From the NCBI GenBank assembly GCA_963676355.1, contig OY781093.1:2195455-2259454 (forward strand): a DNA stretch of 64,000 nt. The letters are read 5' to 3'. A program made the position numbers and the translations under genes. The DNA is from Christensenellaceae bacterium (GTDB lineage Bacteria; Bacillota; Clostridia; Christensenellales; UMGS416). This document shows positions 28,986 to 37,996 of this stretch, one piece after another. The notes under the pieces were generated by a model. The model saw only the letters and a list, made by a program, of their open reading frames with translations, made no database searches and was not told the origin of the DNA. Every line of letters begins with the position of its first letter. Position 1 is the first letter of the stretch.

Positions 28986-29577
28986 TTTCTTTTTCCAACA
29001 TCCCTTTTAGTTCCATCAAAGCTTTAAATCTATGGCTTATCTTGTTTTTTTCATCAGAATTCAGCTCAGCCATAGTCTTTCCCATATAATCCATATAAAA
29101 AAGCGGGTCATAGCCAAAGCCATTATCCCCTCTTCTTGAATGCAATATCTCTCCCTTGCAATGTCCTTTTGCGATTAAATCAGTCATTCCATAACGAACC
29201 AATGCAATGGCGCAAGTAAACTGCGCTTTTCGGTTATCCACGTTTTGCATTTCGCTTAGCAATTTGTCATTGTTCGCATCATCATCACAGGGTTCTCCTG
29301 CATATCTTGCCGAATAAACACCAGGTTTTCCGTCAAGCTCCTCAACTTCAAGACCGGAATCATCTGCCAATACTGCGCATTCTAATTTTTCAGCAACATA
29401 TTTAGCCTTAATAAGAGCGTTTTCTTCAAAGGTAATTCCGTTTTCTTCTATATCATCAAAGATACCCGCTTCAGCCATAGACAAAATGTTTTCAAATTCA
29501 TTTGCAAGTATTTCTTTTATCTCAGCAATTTTATGCTTATTGTTCGAAGCTATAACAAGATTCATTTTATTCTCCAA
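28978..29577 (-). CDS. rdgB: dITP/XTP pyrophosphatase (RdgB/Ham1)
   Basis: ASNNKHK, DDSGLEV and GFGYDP motifs. Overlaps the rph stop. Confidence 0.9.
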   Translation of the reverse strand: MENKMNLVIASNNKHKIAEIKEILANEFENILSMAEAGIFDDIEENGITFEENALIKAKYVAEKLECAVLADDSGLEVEELDGKPGVYSARYAGEPCDDDANNDKLLSEMQNVDNRKAQFTCAIALVRYGMTDLIAKGHCKGEILHSRRGDNGFGYDPLFYMDYMGKTMAELNSDEKNKISHRFKALMELKGMLEKENE

Positions 29578-30283
29578 AAACTGCGCGCGCTTGTATCTGC
29601 ATTATCTTATTTATAGCATCTTTTGCATAGCTTAACATAAGCGAAAGTTCCTCGTGTGTGTATGCACGTTTTTCACCTGTTCCCTGCACTTCGAGATATT
29701 CGCCCTTTGCATTCATTACAACATTCATGTCAACTTCCGCATTGGAATCTTCAATGTATGGCAAGTCCACTACTACTTCATTGTTGACAATGCCAACTGA
29801 AACTGCTGCTAATTGCCCTATCACAGGACTTTTTTTGATTTTTTCTTCTGCCATCCATTTTTTCGAAGCAAGCATCAAAGCGATATAACATCCCGTAATT
29901 GATGCCGTGCGTGTCCCTCCATCGGCATTTATAACATCACAGTCAAGCCAAACAGTATATCCGTCCAACTCCGCATAATCACATATGGCTCGAACCGAGC
30001 GTCCAATGAGCCTTTTTATCTCAGTCGAGCGCCCATCCGGCTTTAACTTTTCTCTTCTCTTGCGTGTGTTTGTCGACGCCGGGAGCATCGCATATTCAGC
30101 GCTTAGCCAGCCTTCGCCACTGTCTTTTTTAAAAGGCGGCACTCCCTCTTCCATCATAGCGGTGCAAATAACCTGCGTATTGCCCCATTTGATAAGACAT
30201 GAGCCATGTGCATTGGGTATATAATTAGGAATTATCTCAATTTTTCGTAATTCATCATTCTGTCTTCCATCAGGTCTTGGCAT
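29567..30283 (-). CDS. rph: Ribonuclease PH
   Basis: RPDGR, GSCLIKWGNT and DGGTRTASITG motifs. Confidence 0.95.
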   Translation of the reverse strand: MPRPDGRQNDELRKIEIIPNYIPNAHGSCLIKWGNTQVICTAMMEEGVPPFKKDSGEGWLSAEYAMLPASTNTRKRREKLKPDGRSTEIKRLIGRSVRAICDYAELDGYTVWLDCDVINADGGTRTASITGCYIALMLASKKWMAEEKIKKSPVIGQLAAVSVGIVNNEVVVDLPYIEDSNAEVDMNVVMNAKGEYLEVQGTGEKRAYTHEELSLMLSYAKDAINKIMQIQARAVFGE

Positions 30284-30411
30284 TATGACCTCCTATAAGT
30301 TTCATTAATGCTTATAATACATTATTTAAACATCTTGAGCAATCTACTTATATTTTTAATAGTAGATAAATTATAGTTTTACTATAATTTTATTTTAGTA
30401 TTATTATCTTA

Positions 30412-31779
30412 TTATTTCTTTTTTATCCTCGTAAGAAATGATCTGAATTTAACAAAATCTATACTTGTAAAAAAGAAATATATAATTACTAAAACACTTA
30501 ACCCAATTCCTCTAAACTGAAAATAAATATGGAGTTTAGTAGGCCCGGATACAACAGCTAACCATATAATAGGAGTAAGAAAAACTATTATGTAGCCAAA
30601 ATATTTTACAACATCTTTTCTAAAGAATATAAATAATGGTAACCATATAGCAGCAATAATTAAAAAAATTAAACCATGCGGTAAAACCATCATCTCTCTA
30701 AGTGCTGCTCTAACTACAGAGTATGTATTATATAAAAATTTAGATGTTAAGCTAAAAATTCCTACAGGATTACTGCCAGAATTAAATCTAAATTTAATTA
30801 CATTTAAAGCAGTAGTAAATTCTTGCGCTCCAAGCACGATTGAAGAAAGTAACAAGTTTGCAAAAAAAGTTAAAAAATATCCCATTAGCCATGCACATAA
30901 GCATACTACTGAATTTTTTATCATATCCTTAACTTTTTTCCCTTTTACTATTTCATAACTAATAATTGAAAACATCGGAAGACCATAAGTTAAAAATGGA
31001 TATGTATAAAAATCAAAGAACATTGTTACAGAACCAATAATGAAGAATAATATGCCCAAATGCTTTGGTTTTCTTTGAAATATCTCTAGCACAAAAATTA
31101 TGCTTATGAAACTAATTACAAAAACTGTAGTAAAGAGTAAACTCATTGGTATAAGTGTAATATTTAACATAATCATTACTACAAGCAATGCGACACTTGA
31201 TTGAATATTGACTTTTTTATACAAATAAATACAGCATAATAGCAATGTAATATAAAACGCATATGAGTTGACCACTCTAATTTGTGTGTAGTATAAAAAC
31301 ACAAATAATGGCTTGAGCCAAATTCTATACCCATGCCAATATCTTGAGTAGAAGACTTTTTCACCTAAAGGATTTCCATTTACAGTGGCATTTAATGATT
31401 CTAATTGACTTGAAGCGTATGTATCGCCGTATATTGAACCTCCAAATACTGAACGAAAAATCGGTTCTGTATCATTACAGTATACTATATGCATCATTAA
31501 AGAGTCTGCATAGTTATCAATTTTAGAACTTTTATTTGGAGTGAAAAAAAATGTCCAATCGTTTTCTGTTTCATATAATCTATTTGCAGAGTAAGCGACT
31601 CTATATTTAACTTGTTGCTCTAGTTTTTGGGGATATGAAGTATTGAGTGCTAGCGACAAAATATAAAAAACTAATAAGCATACAAATACTAACGCATATT
31701 TTAAAAAAAATTTCAATAATACTTTATTCTTAAAATGCTTTCGGAATTCATAGTCTTGTCTTTTGGCAATTTTCGTCAT
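30412..31779 (-). CDS. Polytopic membrane protein of unknown function (possible GT-C-like glycosyltransferase; speculative)
   Basis: 455 aa with one large extracytoplasmic loop after TM1 (DNYADS, SRYWHGY) followed by about 10 TM helices. Extremely AT-rich. Confidence 0.45.
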   Translation of the reverse strand: MTKIAKRQDYEFRKHFKNKVLLKFFLKYALVFVCLLVFYILSLALNTSYPQKLEQQVKYRVAYSANRLYETENDWTFFFTPNKSSKIDNYADSLMMHIVYCNDTEPIFRSVFGGSIYGDTYASSQLESLNATVNGNPLGEKVFYSRYWHGYRIWLKPLFVFLYYTQIRVVNSYAFYITLLLCCIYLYKKVNIQSSVALLVVMIMLNITLIPMSLLFTTVFVISFISIIFVLEIFQRKPKHLGILFFIIGSVTMFFDFYTYPFLTYGLPMFSIISYEIVKGKKVKDMIKNSVVCLCAWLMGYFLTFFANLLLSSIVLGAQEFTTALNVIKFRFNSGSNPVGIFSLTSKFLYNTYSVVRAALREMMVLPHGLIFLIIAAIWLPLFIFFRKDVVKYFGYIIVFLTPIIWLAVVSGPTKLHIYFQFRGIGLSVLVIIYFFFTSIDFVKFRSFLTRIKKK

Positions 31780-31872
31780 ATAGTCTCCTACAATTTAATA
31801 TATTGATATAAAAATTATTCAAAAGAAACTAAACCCTATAGGTTTATTCTAATTAAACTATTTTCAATATTA

Positions 31873-33903
31873 CTACTTTATCCTATAATCTTCGTCATTG
31901 TAAATAGCATTAAGAGTGATATTGCCATCATGCTTTTCAACTTTATACAATGCTTTAGTAAAATAAATTTCTTTAGGAAACAAGTCAGCAAATTCTTCAT
32001 AGAATTCTTTACCCGCACTTTGAACATAAAGGTAATCATATTCACCGATCTGTTTTATATATGCATCGTGTTCTTTGGCATTTGTACCATCGAAATCATA
32101 TGGCTTATACATCCAGTTACTTAAGATAGGTGCAGTGTTATATTTTATGTATATTAAAGGATAGTATCCATATTGTTTATCTTCTTTCATTAAATCACTT
32201 TCATAAGTTACTATGAATAATGTATCATCTTTTTCCAAATTGCTAGATATCAAATCAGAATGCTCAATATAATTTTCCATAAAGTCTCTGGGGCCATATC
32301 TTGTCATTTCTAGTTTGGAATCCCATATAATACCTGGATGTGGTAAGTATCTTATAACAATAGCGATAACTATGCCCATCAGGATAACTCTTTTCTTTTC
32401 ATTTGAAAAAACGTCTTTTGCAGCAAAAATATATATAGTAATATATGTAAGCAACATCACTATTCCAGTTGATAAATACCTCTCCCAAGAAACAGAAGCA
32501 GTGTATTGTCCTGATCTACAAAAACCTGCAGAAAAGGCGAATAAAACTACCATTGCATATATTAGCACAAATGCTATAGCCATTAAAGAATAGGTTAAAT
32601 ACATTTTTTTCATATCTTCTTTTACAAGATATATCCCGGATGTAACAAGTAACACTCCACAAAGACCCAACAAATATTTAATAGTTAATCCGGAGTAAGT
32701 ATGCACAAAAAATGCTTCCCACGCATTAGCTAGTGCACCCCTTTGTGCAAATGTCATTGTAGAAAAATACAAACTACTCAATTTATATGAAACAGCAACT
32801 CCTAAAATCAAGAATATCGCAGCTGAAACAATATATAGTTTTATATCTTTATTTCCTATTCTCATTTTCTTTTCATTTTTAATAAGATAAAATATAAACA
32901 CTACAGCAGCTAATGCGGTTATAGCCAATAGCGTAAGTGTTAACCTGGATTTTAATATTAGTTCAATAACATGAAGACGATAAAGTCTATCATTTGGGTA
33001 ATATCCAGCAGGTTTGTTAATAGTTAAAAGTGATACCACATAGCCTAAGATAGGAATAAAAAAGAATCCCGTAATAATTACCATCTTTTTTTTCAATACT
33101 TTAAAATTTTGTATAATTTCAACTACAATAATAAATAATGATGCAAGCATGGACACTACAGCGCCAAAACTATCTTTCATTTGGGTTATAGCAAACAGAC
33201 CTAATACGATAATGATATAATCCTTGAAAGTTTTGTTGTTGTTTATTGCAGAATATGCCATTATTGCTCCTGCCATATAGCCCATAGATTGGTCAATATG
33301 CAAACTTACGTTTCCATACAGGACGCCCAACACACAATATTGTGCAAACATGCAGGCCAAAACTTTCTTCCAGTCTTTCCACGCCATATCCTTTAAAGGC
33401 AAAATAAAACAAGACCAAATGATTATCCATGCGCCTGAAAATAGAGTGGTTTCTGAAAAATGAAATGATGCTTTAGTAACAAAGTAGTTAAAAGTCGGTG
33501 TAAACATAGCCTGAAGGCCTTTATAGAATGTATCACCATAGTACATTACTTTGGTAGCATAAGCCCAGTGGACTACGTCATCATGGTCAAACAACAAGCT
33601 TCCCTTTGACATTGCTATATACGCTATAAGTCCTATAAAATAACCGCTTATAGCAGGTGTAAATAATTTTTTTAGATTAAACTTTGCTATCATGAGATAT
33701 ATTAATGAAAATAACGATACCGCAATAATAAAATAAAATCCTATTTCCAATATCCCTGCTATACCACATACCGTCAAAAACAAAGTAATTGCGCAGACGG
33801 TTACAAAGTGAGCCTGCTCAGCTTTATAGCCAAAAAGGTTAATCTGTGCCCCGCTAATTAAAAGAATTATCACAGCAGGTACTAATACTAAGAAAACATT
33901 CAT
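31873..33903 (-). CDS. Polytopic membrane protein with a C-terminal soluble domain, unknown function (possible GT-C-like; speculative)
   Basis: 676 aa with about 14 TM helices, an acidic loop FDHDDVVHW, and a C-terminal non-membrane domain of about 170 aa. Confidence 0.45.
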   Translation of the reverse strand: MNVFLVLVPAVIILLISGAQINLFGYKAEQAHFVTVCAITLFLTVCGIAGILEIGFYFIIAVSLFSLIYLMIAKFNLKKLFTPAISGYFIGLIAYIAMSKGSLLFDHDDVVHWAYATKVMYYGDTFYKGLQAMFTPTFNYFVTKASFHFSETTLFSGAWIIIWSCFILPLKDMAWKDWKKVLACMFAQYCVLGVLYGNVSLHIDQSMGYMAGAIMAYSAINNNKTFKDYIIIVLGLFAITQMKDSFGAVVSMLASLFIIVVEIIQNFKVLKKKMVIITGFFFIPILGYVVSLLTINKPAGYYPNDRLYRLHVIELILKSRLTLTLLAITALAAVVFIFYLIKNEKKMRIGNKDIKLYIVSAAIFLILGVAVSYKLSSLYFSTMTFAQRGALANAWEAFFVHTYSGLTIKYLLGLCGVLLVTSGIYLVKEDMKKMYLTYSLMAIAFVLIYAMVVLFAFSAGFCRSGQYTASVSWERYLSTGIVMLLTYITIYIFAAKDVFSNEKKRVILMGIVIAIVIRYLPHPGIIWDSKLEMTRYGPRDFMENYIEHSDLISSNLEKDDTLFIVTYESDLMKEDKQYGYYPLIYIKYNTAPILSNWMYKPYDFDGTNAKEHDAYIKQIGEYDYLYVQSAGKEFYEEFADLFPKEIYFTKALYKVEKHDGNITLNAIYNDEDYRIK

Positions 33904-34019
33904 ATAATATCCTTTATTTGCAATTTATAAGAGTATATCACCCATAAAACATTATTGCAATTTATAAGAATGTTGCTTATTATTTTACTTAAAAGTCTTT
34001 TAATGTTTGATATATTCTC

Positions 34020-34478
34020 TCAGTATACATCCATCTTTATGCACTTCCTCAAGACATCCGCCTTGCCCTTCTTCCCCGGCATCATACTATAGAGCTTCGC
34101 CCAGTCTTCGGGCTTTGCATACATAACTTCATCTATACTTATTGGCATTGCAAAATCCGGTTTATATTCATAAATGCCGCCTTCGTGCCTGACCTTAAAT
34201 CCTGCAATTAAATCGACTTCTATCCCGCCTGATACAAACTTTTTATATATGTCCGACACAAAAACACTGCTTTTGTGCACATCCTTTTCTTCTCCTATGC
34301 CCTGCATCAATCCGATGGCTTTTTGCACGTCGTCTTTGTGGACTACTATATCTATATCATTCGGCTCGTCGCCAAGCCCGATATGCAAAAGCAGCATAGA
34401 GCCGTCCACGCACCAGCATATACTTCCGTCGTTAAACAACTTTGCAATTTTACATAAAAGCTTGAGTTTGTCTTGCAT
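34020..34478 (-). CDS. Small nucleotidyltransferase, Lnu(A)/ANT(2'')-like fold
   Basis: Start trimmed to the ATG at 34478 (GAGGTG SD). WCVDGSMLLLHIGLGDEPNDIDIVV matches the W-x-x-G-G ... D-I-D catalytic pattern of the small lincosamide/aminoglycoside nucleotidyltransferases. Confidence 0.5.
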   Translation of the reverse strand: MQDKLKLLCKIAKLFNDGSICWCVDGSMLLLHIGLGDEPNDIDIVVHKDDVQKAIGLMQGIGEEKDVHKSSVFVSDIYKKFVSGGIEVDLIAGFKVRHEGGIYEYKPDFAMPISIDEVMYAKPEDWAKLYSMMPGKKGKADVLRKCIKMDVY

Positions 34479-34552
34479 AAACACCTCACATAATCTGCAT
34501 ATTATAATTGTAAAATAAAAAAGCGTCATTCACAACGCTTTTGATTATTGTT

Positions 34553-34816
34553 TCACATCTTCATAAGATACCACTTGCACGATGCAGTTTCGTAGTTTAT
34601 CTGCACTTCGCGCGGCATCCGTCCGTCGTGCGCTCGGCAGTCAAAGCGCATCATGATATTTCCGCCGCTTTTTTGGCGCTGCTTAAACATTATGCGCTCT
34701 ATCCTTATTATCATGTCCTCGCTTTCGGCGCTTTTTATCCTGAACCTTATCGGATGCGGCGTGCCCTGCTCGTCAAACCATGCAAGCATGTCCACAGGTT
34801 TCATTATGGTCTTCAC
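34553..34816 (-). CDS. 87-aa protein of unknown function, translationally coupled to the Y-family polymerase
   Basis: GTG start 7 nt after a GGAGGAG SD that overlaps the polymerase TAG stop. GC-rich coding sequence. I recognise no motif. Confidence 0.5.
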   Translation of the reverse strand: MKTIMKPVDMLAWFDEQGTPHPIRFRIKSAESEDMIIRIERIMFKQRQKSGGNIMMRFDCRAHDGRMPREVQINYETASCKWYLMKM

Positions 34817-34829
34817 TTAAAATCTCCTC

Positions 34830-36110
34830 CTAATTAGTATCATACGGAAACCTCCTTAGATTCGCAGTCCCGCCTATCATGGATTTTACATCCGAACCTA
34901 TAAACACAGCTCTTTGTGCAGCTGCGTCTCCATAGCGTTCGCGTATTTTATCAACAGCGCTATCTGCAGCCTCTCTTTTCCATTCAAAGTCAAACATACC
35001 TATTTGTATATTGCCGGATGCGGATAATGTGCTCGTGGAAACTCCAAGCTGTCTGAGTGGCTCACCATTCCACATGCTATCAAACACTTCAACCGCACGG
35101 TCATAAATCTCGCTTGTGGACGCACAGTTGGTCTGAAAGGTTTTCTGCTTGCCTTTCCGCTTAAAATCAGAAGCACAATAGTGCACATGCACAGTTTTTG
35201 CCCTGTATCCTTGCTCGCGCAGCCTGGAACCCACAGTTTCGCACAGCGACAAAAGCACTCTGTGTGCGCACTCTAAGTCTTCCACGTCAAATGCAATAGT
35301 AGATGAATTTCCTATTCCTTTTGCTTGTTGCTCTTTGCCATTTGGCAGCATTCCATGAAAATCGGCAGCACCACCCTTTTCAGTTTGTGTGAAAATTCCA
35401 TTTGCATAATCATGAAGGGTTAGCCCAAATGATTTAAACATAGATATGAGCGTATTCTTATCATACTTAGCCAAGTCCCCAACAATCTCAATCCCGCGTG
35501 CGCGTAGTTTTTTTTCGGTTTGTCTTCCCACCATATACATCTCCCCTATGGGAAGCGGCCATAATTTCTTTTTAACCTCATCCGGCCACATTGTGTGCAC
35601 TTTGTCAGGCTTTTCAAGCTCACCTGCCATCTTGGCTAAAAGCTTGTTGTTAGATATGCCTATATTAACCGTAAAACCAAGCTCCTCCTTTATTGACTTT
35701 GAAAGCTTATGTGCAGCTTCCACGGGATCGCCATATAGCTTTTGAAGACCCGTGTATTCCACAAATGCCTCATCTATCGAAAAGCGCTGAACCACAGGAG
35801 AAAAGTTTCCCAAGTGTTCCATTAGCGCATTTGAAGCTATCGAATATACTCCATATGTAGGTGGCACAATAGTTATGTTGGGCGCTCTTTTTAAAAGCGA
35901 ATACAAAGGTTCGCCCGTCTGTGCTTTAAACAGCTTTTTTGCAGACAGAGATTTTGCAAGCACTATTCCCCTCCTGTCTGCGATGCTTCCGCCTACAACG
36001 GATGGTATATCTCTTAAGTCGACAGAGTCACCGTGCTCCAATCTCCACACGGCCTCCCACGATAAAAAAGCGGAGTTTACATCCACATGAAACCAGCATT
36101 TTTCAGCCAT
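34830..36110 (-). CDS. dinB: Y-family DNA polymerase (DinB/Pol IV, UmuC-like)
   Basis: FHVDVNSAFLSWE and SIDEAF catalytic motifs, 426 aa. Confidence 0.85.
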   Translation of the reverse strand: MAEKCWFHVDVNSAFLSWEAVWRLEHGDSVDLRDIPSVVGGSIADRRGIVLAKSLSAKKLFKAQTGEPLYSLLKRAPNITIVPPTYGVYSIASNALMEHLGNFSPVVQRFSIDEAFVEYTGLQKLYGDPVEAAHKLSKSIKEELGFTVNIGISNNKLLAKMAGELEKPDKVHTMWPDEVKKKLWPLPIGEMYMVGRQTEKKLRARGIEIVGDLAKYDKNTLISMFKSFGLTLHDYANGIFTQTEKGGAADFHGMLPNGKEQQAKGIGNSSTIAFDVEDLECAHRVLLSLCETVGSRLREQGYRAKTVHVHYCASDFKRKGKQKTFQTNCASTSEIYDRAVEVFDSMWNGEPLRQLGVSTSTLSASGNIQIGMFDFEWKREAADSAVDKIRERYGDAAAQRAVFIGSDVKSMIGGTANLRRFPYDTN

Positions 36111-36141
36111 TACTATCCCCTCGAATTTATTCTATGTTTGT

Positions 36142-36170
36142 ATTATAAAACATATGTTCGTGTTTTTCAA
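36142..36170 (-). promoter_or_regulatory. SOS promoter: TTGAAA-17-TATAAT with a LexA (Cheo) box CGAACATATGTTTT in the spacer
   Basis: Box at 36147-36160, 12 of 14 matches to the Firmicutes consensus CGAACATATGTTCG. -35 at 36165-36170 and -10 at 36142-36147. Confidence 0.7.
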
Positions 36171-36207
36171 TGGCTTATTTGATTTTCATCGTTAATAAAT
36201 TTAAAAC

Positions 36208-37803
36208 TTAATTCATACTGTTTAGCTTTTCACAGACCTCATTATAGCTTTCTTCCAGCACCTCTCTAACGTCTCCCTTTTTAGGAAAAGTCATTCTTGA
36301 AACCAAGTCCGCTTTCTTCATTTCCAGAAGCATTTTCTCTTGTGCGCTTTTCATTGCAAGTTTCGGTTTTTCTTTTGTATGAATTTTTTTGTTTTTTATA
36401 ACAATCTCTTTGTCTGTGACCTTTTTTCTAAAATATCTGTCATGAGAAACCAAGAGCATTGTTCCGTCAAATGAACTTAGCATATCTTCTAGTGCTTCAA
36501 GCACATAAATATCAAGATAGTTTGTAGGCTCATCAAGAATTATTATGGAGTATCCTCCGCATATTATTTTGGCCAGACTAACTTTGCAGCGTTCGCCTCC
36601 CGACAAAACAGTAACTTTTTTAAATACTGCATCCCTTCTTATTCCAAGGCGTCCAAGCACCGTGCGAATCATATGTTCGGGAAAAGTGCTGTCTTTTTTC
36701 ACGTTTTCCAAAACAGTTGCATTTTCATCAAGATTGTTTAGATCCTGTCTGTAATACCCCACTACTGCGCCGTTTGCGATTTTAACTCCATCAAGCTCAT
36801 TATAAATGCAATTAAGCAAAGTGGTTTTTCCGCATCCGTTAAACCCTGAAAAAGATATTTTTTCTCCCCTTTTTATGAAAATTGAAATATCTTTTAAAAT
36901 TTCTTTATCACCATATGAAAAATTTAGCTTACGGACTGTCACAGCAGTTTTTGATACATAGTCAGAAGATATATTTGCCTTCATTTTAAATGATAACTCA
37001 TCTCTTGGCTTGTCCACCTTTTCCAAGCGTTCTAGCCGTCTTTTTATCTGCTTTGAAGCCTGCTCCACTTTTCCTGCTCTTTGGCGCACTTCCATTCGGT
37101 GGAGTCTCGCCTCACTGTTACCCATTCTTTTGGGCGGATTCTTCATAGATTTAGCCTTTGAAGCCCTGTTTCGCGCAGCACCTTCCAGATGCCTTTTTTC
37201 TGTCTCATACTTTTCAAACGCATCCCATGCGCTTTTTCTTTTTAATTCCTTCTGCTGTTTATATGAAGAATAGTTGCCATGAAACTCTGTAAAAACTCCA
37301 TCTTCAACTTCCCATATTTTGTTACACACTTTGTCAAGCAGTGCTCTGTCGTGACTTACAAGAATAATTGTTCCTTTGTAGCTTAGAAGCGAGTGCTCAA
37401 GCTGCATAATTCCATCCTCATCAAGGTTTGATGTTGGCTCATCGCATATGAGCAATTGCGAAGATGTAGAGAATGCCTTTGCAAGCTTTCTCCTTGTTAT
37501 CTCGCCACCGCTATTGGCACTTTCGGGCACTTTCCACTCTTTTTTTGATATTTCAGAAATCTCTCCCTGCGCCTCTCTAAGCTGCGGCACATAGACATGC
37601 GAAACTTTTAAGTCTATATCTCCTGATGAAGGCTCAATCATGCCGCAAATGATTTCAAGCAAAGTTGTCTTACCTGCACCATTAGGGCCCACTATTCCTA
37701 TCCTATCATTTGAGTCTGCGTCCAGTCTGTCTATTTTAAAGAGCGTTCTTGCTCCATATTCCATCGATAAATCTTTTATGTGTAATGTGTAAATAAAAAA
37801 CAC
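36208..37803 (-). CDS. ARE-type ABC-F ribosomal protection ATPase (Vga/Lsa/VmlR-like)
   Basis: Two NBDs (GPNGAGKTT ... SGGE ... CDEPTSNLD; GFNGCGKTT ... LSGGE ... LDEPTNYLD) joined by a charged linker of about 90 aa. Near-collinear with Vga(A) as I remember it. True start uncertain: the GTG at 37803 lies inside the SD, and the best-spaced in-frame codon is ATT at 37794. Confidence 0.85.
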   Translation of the reverse strand: MFFIYTLHIKDLSMEYGARTLFKIDRLDADSNDRIGIVGPNGAGKTTLLEIICGMIEPSSGDIDLKVSHVYVPQLREAQGEISEISKKEWKVPESANSGGEITRRKLAKAFSTSSQLLICDEPTSNLDEDGIMQLEHSLLSYKGTIILVSHDRALLDKVCNKIWEVEDGVFTEFHGNYSSYKQQKELKRKSAWDAFEKYETEKRHLEGAARNRASKAKSMKNPPKRMGNSEARLHRMEVRQRAGKVEQASKQIKRRLERLEKVDKPRDELSFKMKANISSDYVSKTAVTVRKLNFSYGDKEILKDISIFIKRGEKISFSGFNGCGKTTLLNCIYNELDGVKIANGAVVGYYRQDLNNLDENATVLENVKKDSTFPEHMIRTVLGRLGIRRDAVFKKVTVLSGGERCKVSLAKIICGGYSIIILDEPTNYLDIYVLEALEDMLSSFDGTMLLVSHDRYFRKKVTDKEIVIKNKKIHTKEKPKLAMKSAQEKMLLEMKKADLVSRMTFPKKGDVREVLEESYNEVCEKLNSMN

Positions 37804-37996
37804 CTCCCAAAGGCATGACGTGAACGAGCAAACAGACTATGCCTAATAAAAGACATAATAAAAGCAGATGCCACAGTTCTTGTCATGCAAATAACCAGCA
37901 TATGGTGCTCCATATGCCAAAGTTCACATCCAACTAACTGTATTATCTACTTCCTCATTCTATTCGTCTAAACCTCCAAGGTGTTTTATCAGAATC

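Noticed and set aside
37776-37913. 45-codon ORF in the ABC-F leader overlapping the ABC-F SD and start
   Set aside because: It is not called as a CDS because it has no convincing SD and its composition is unremarkable. It is kept only as a possible regulatory uORF in the leader finding.
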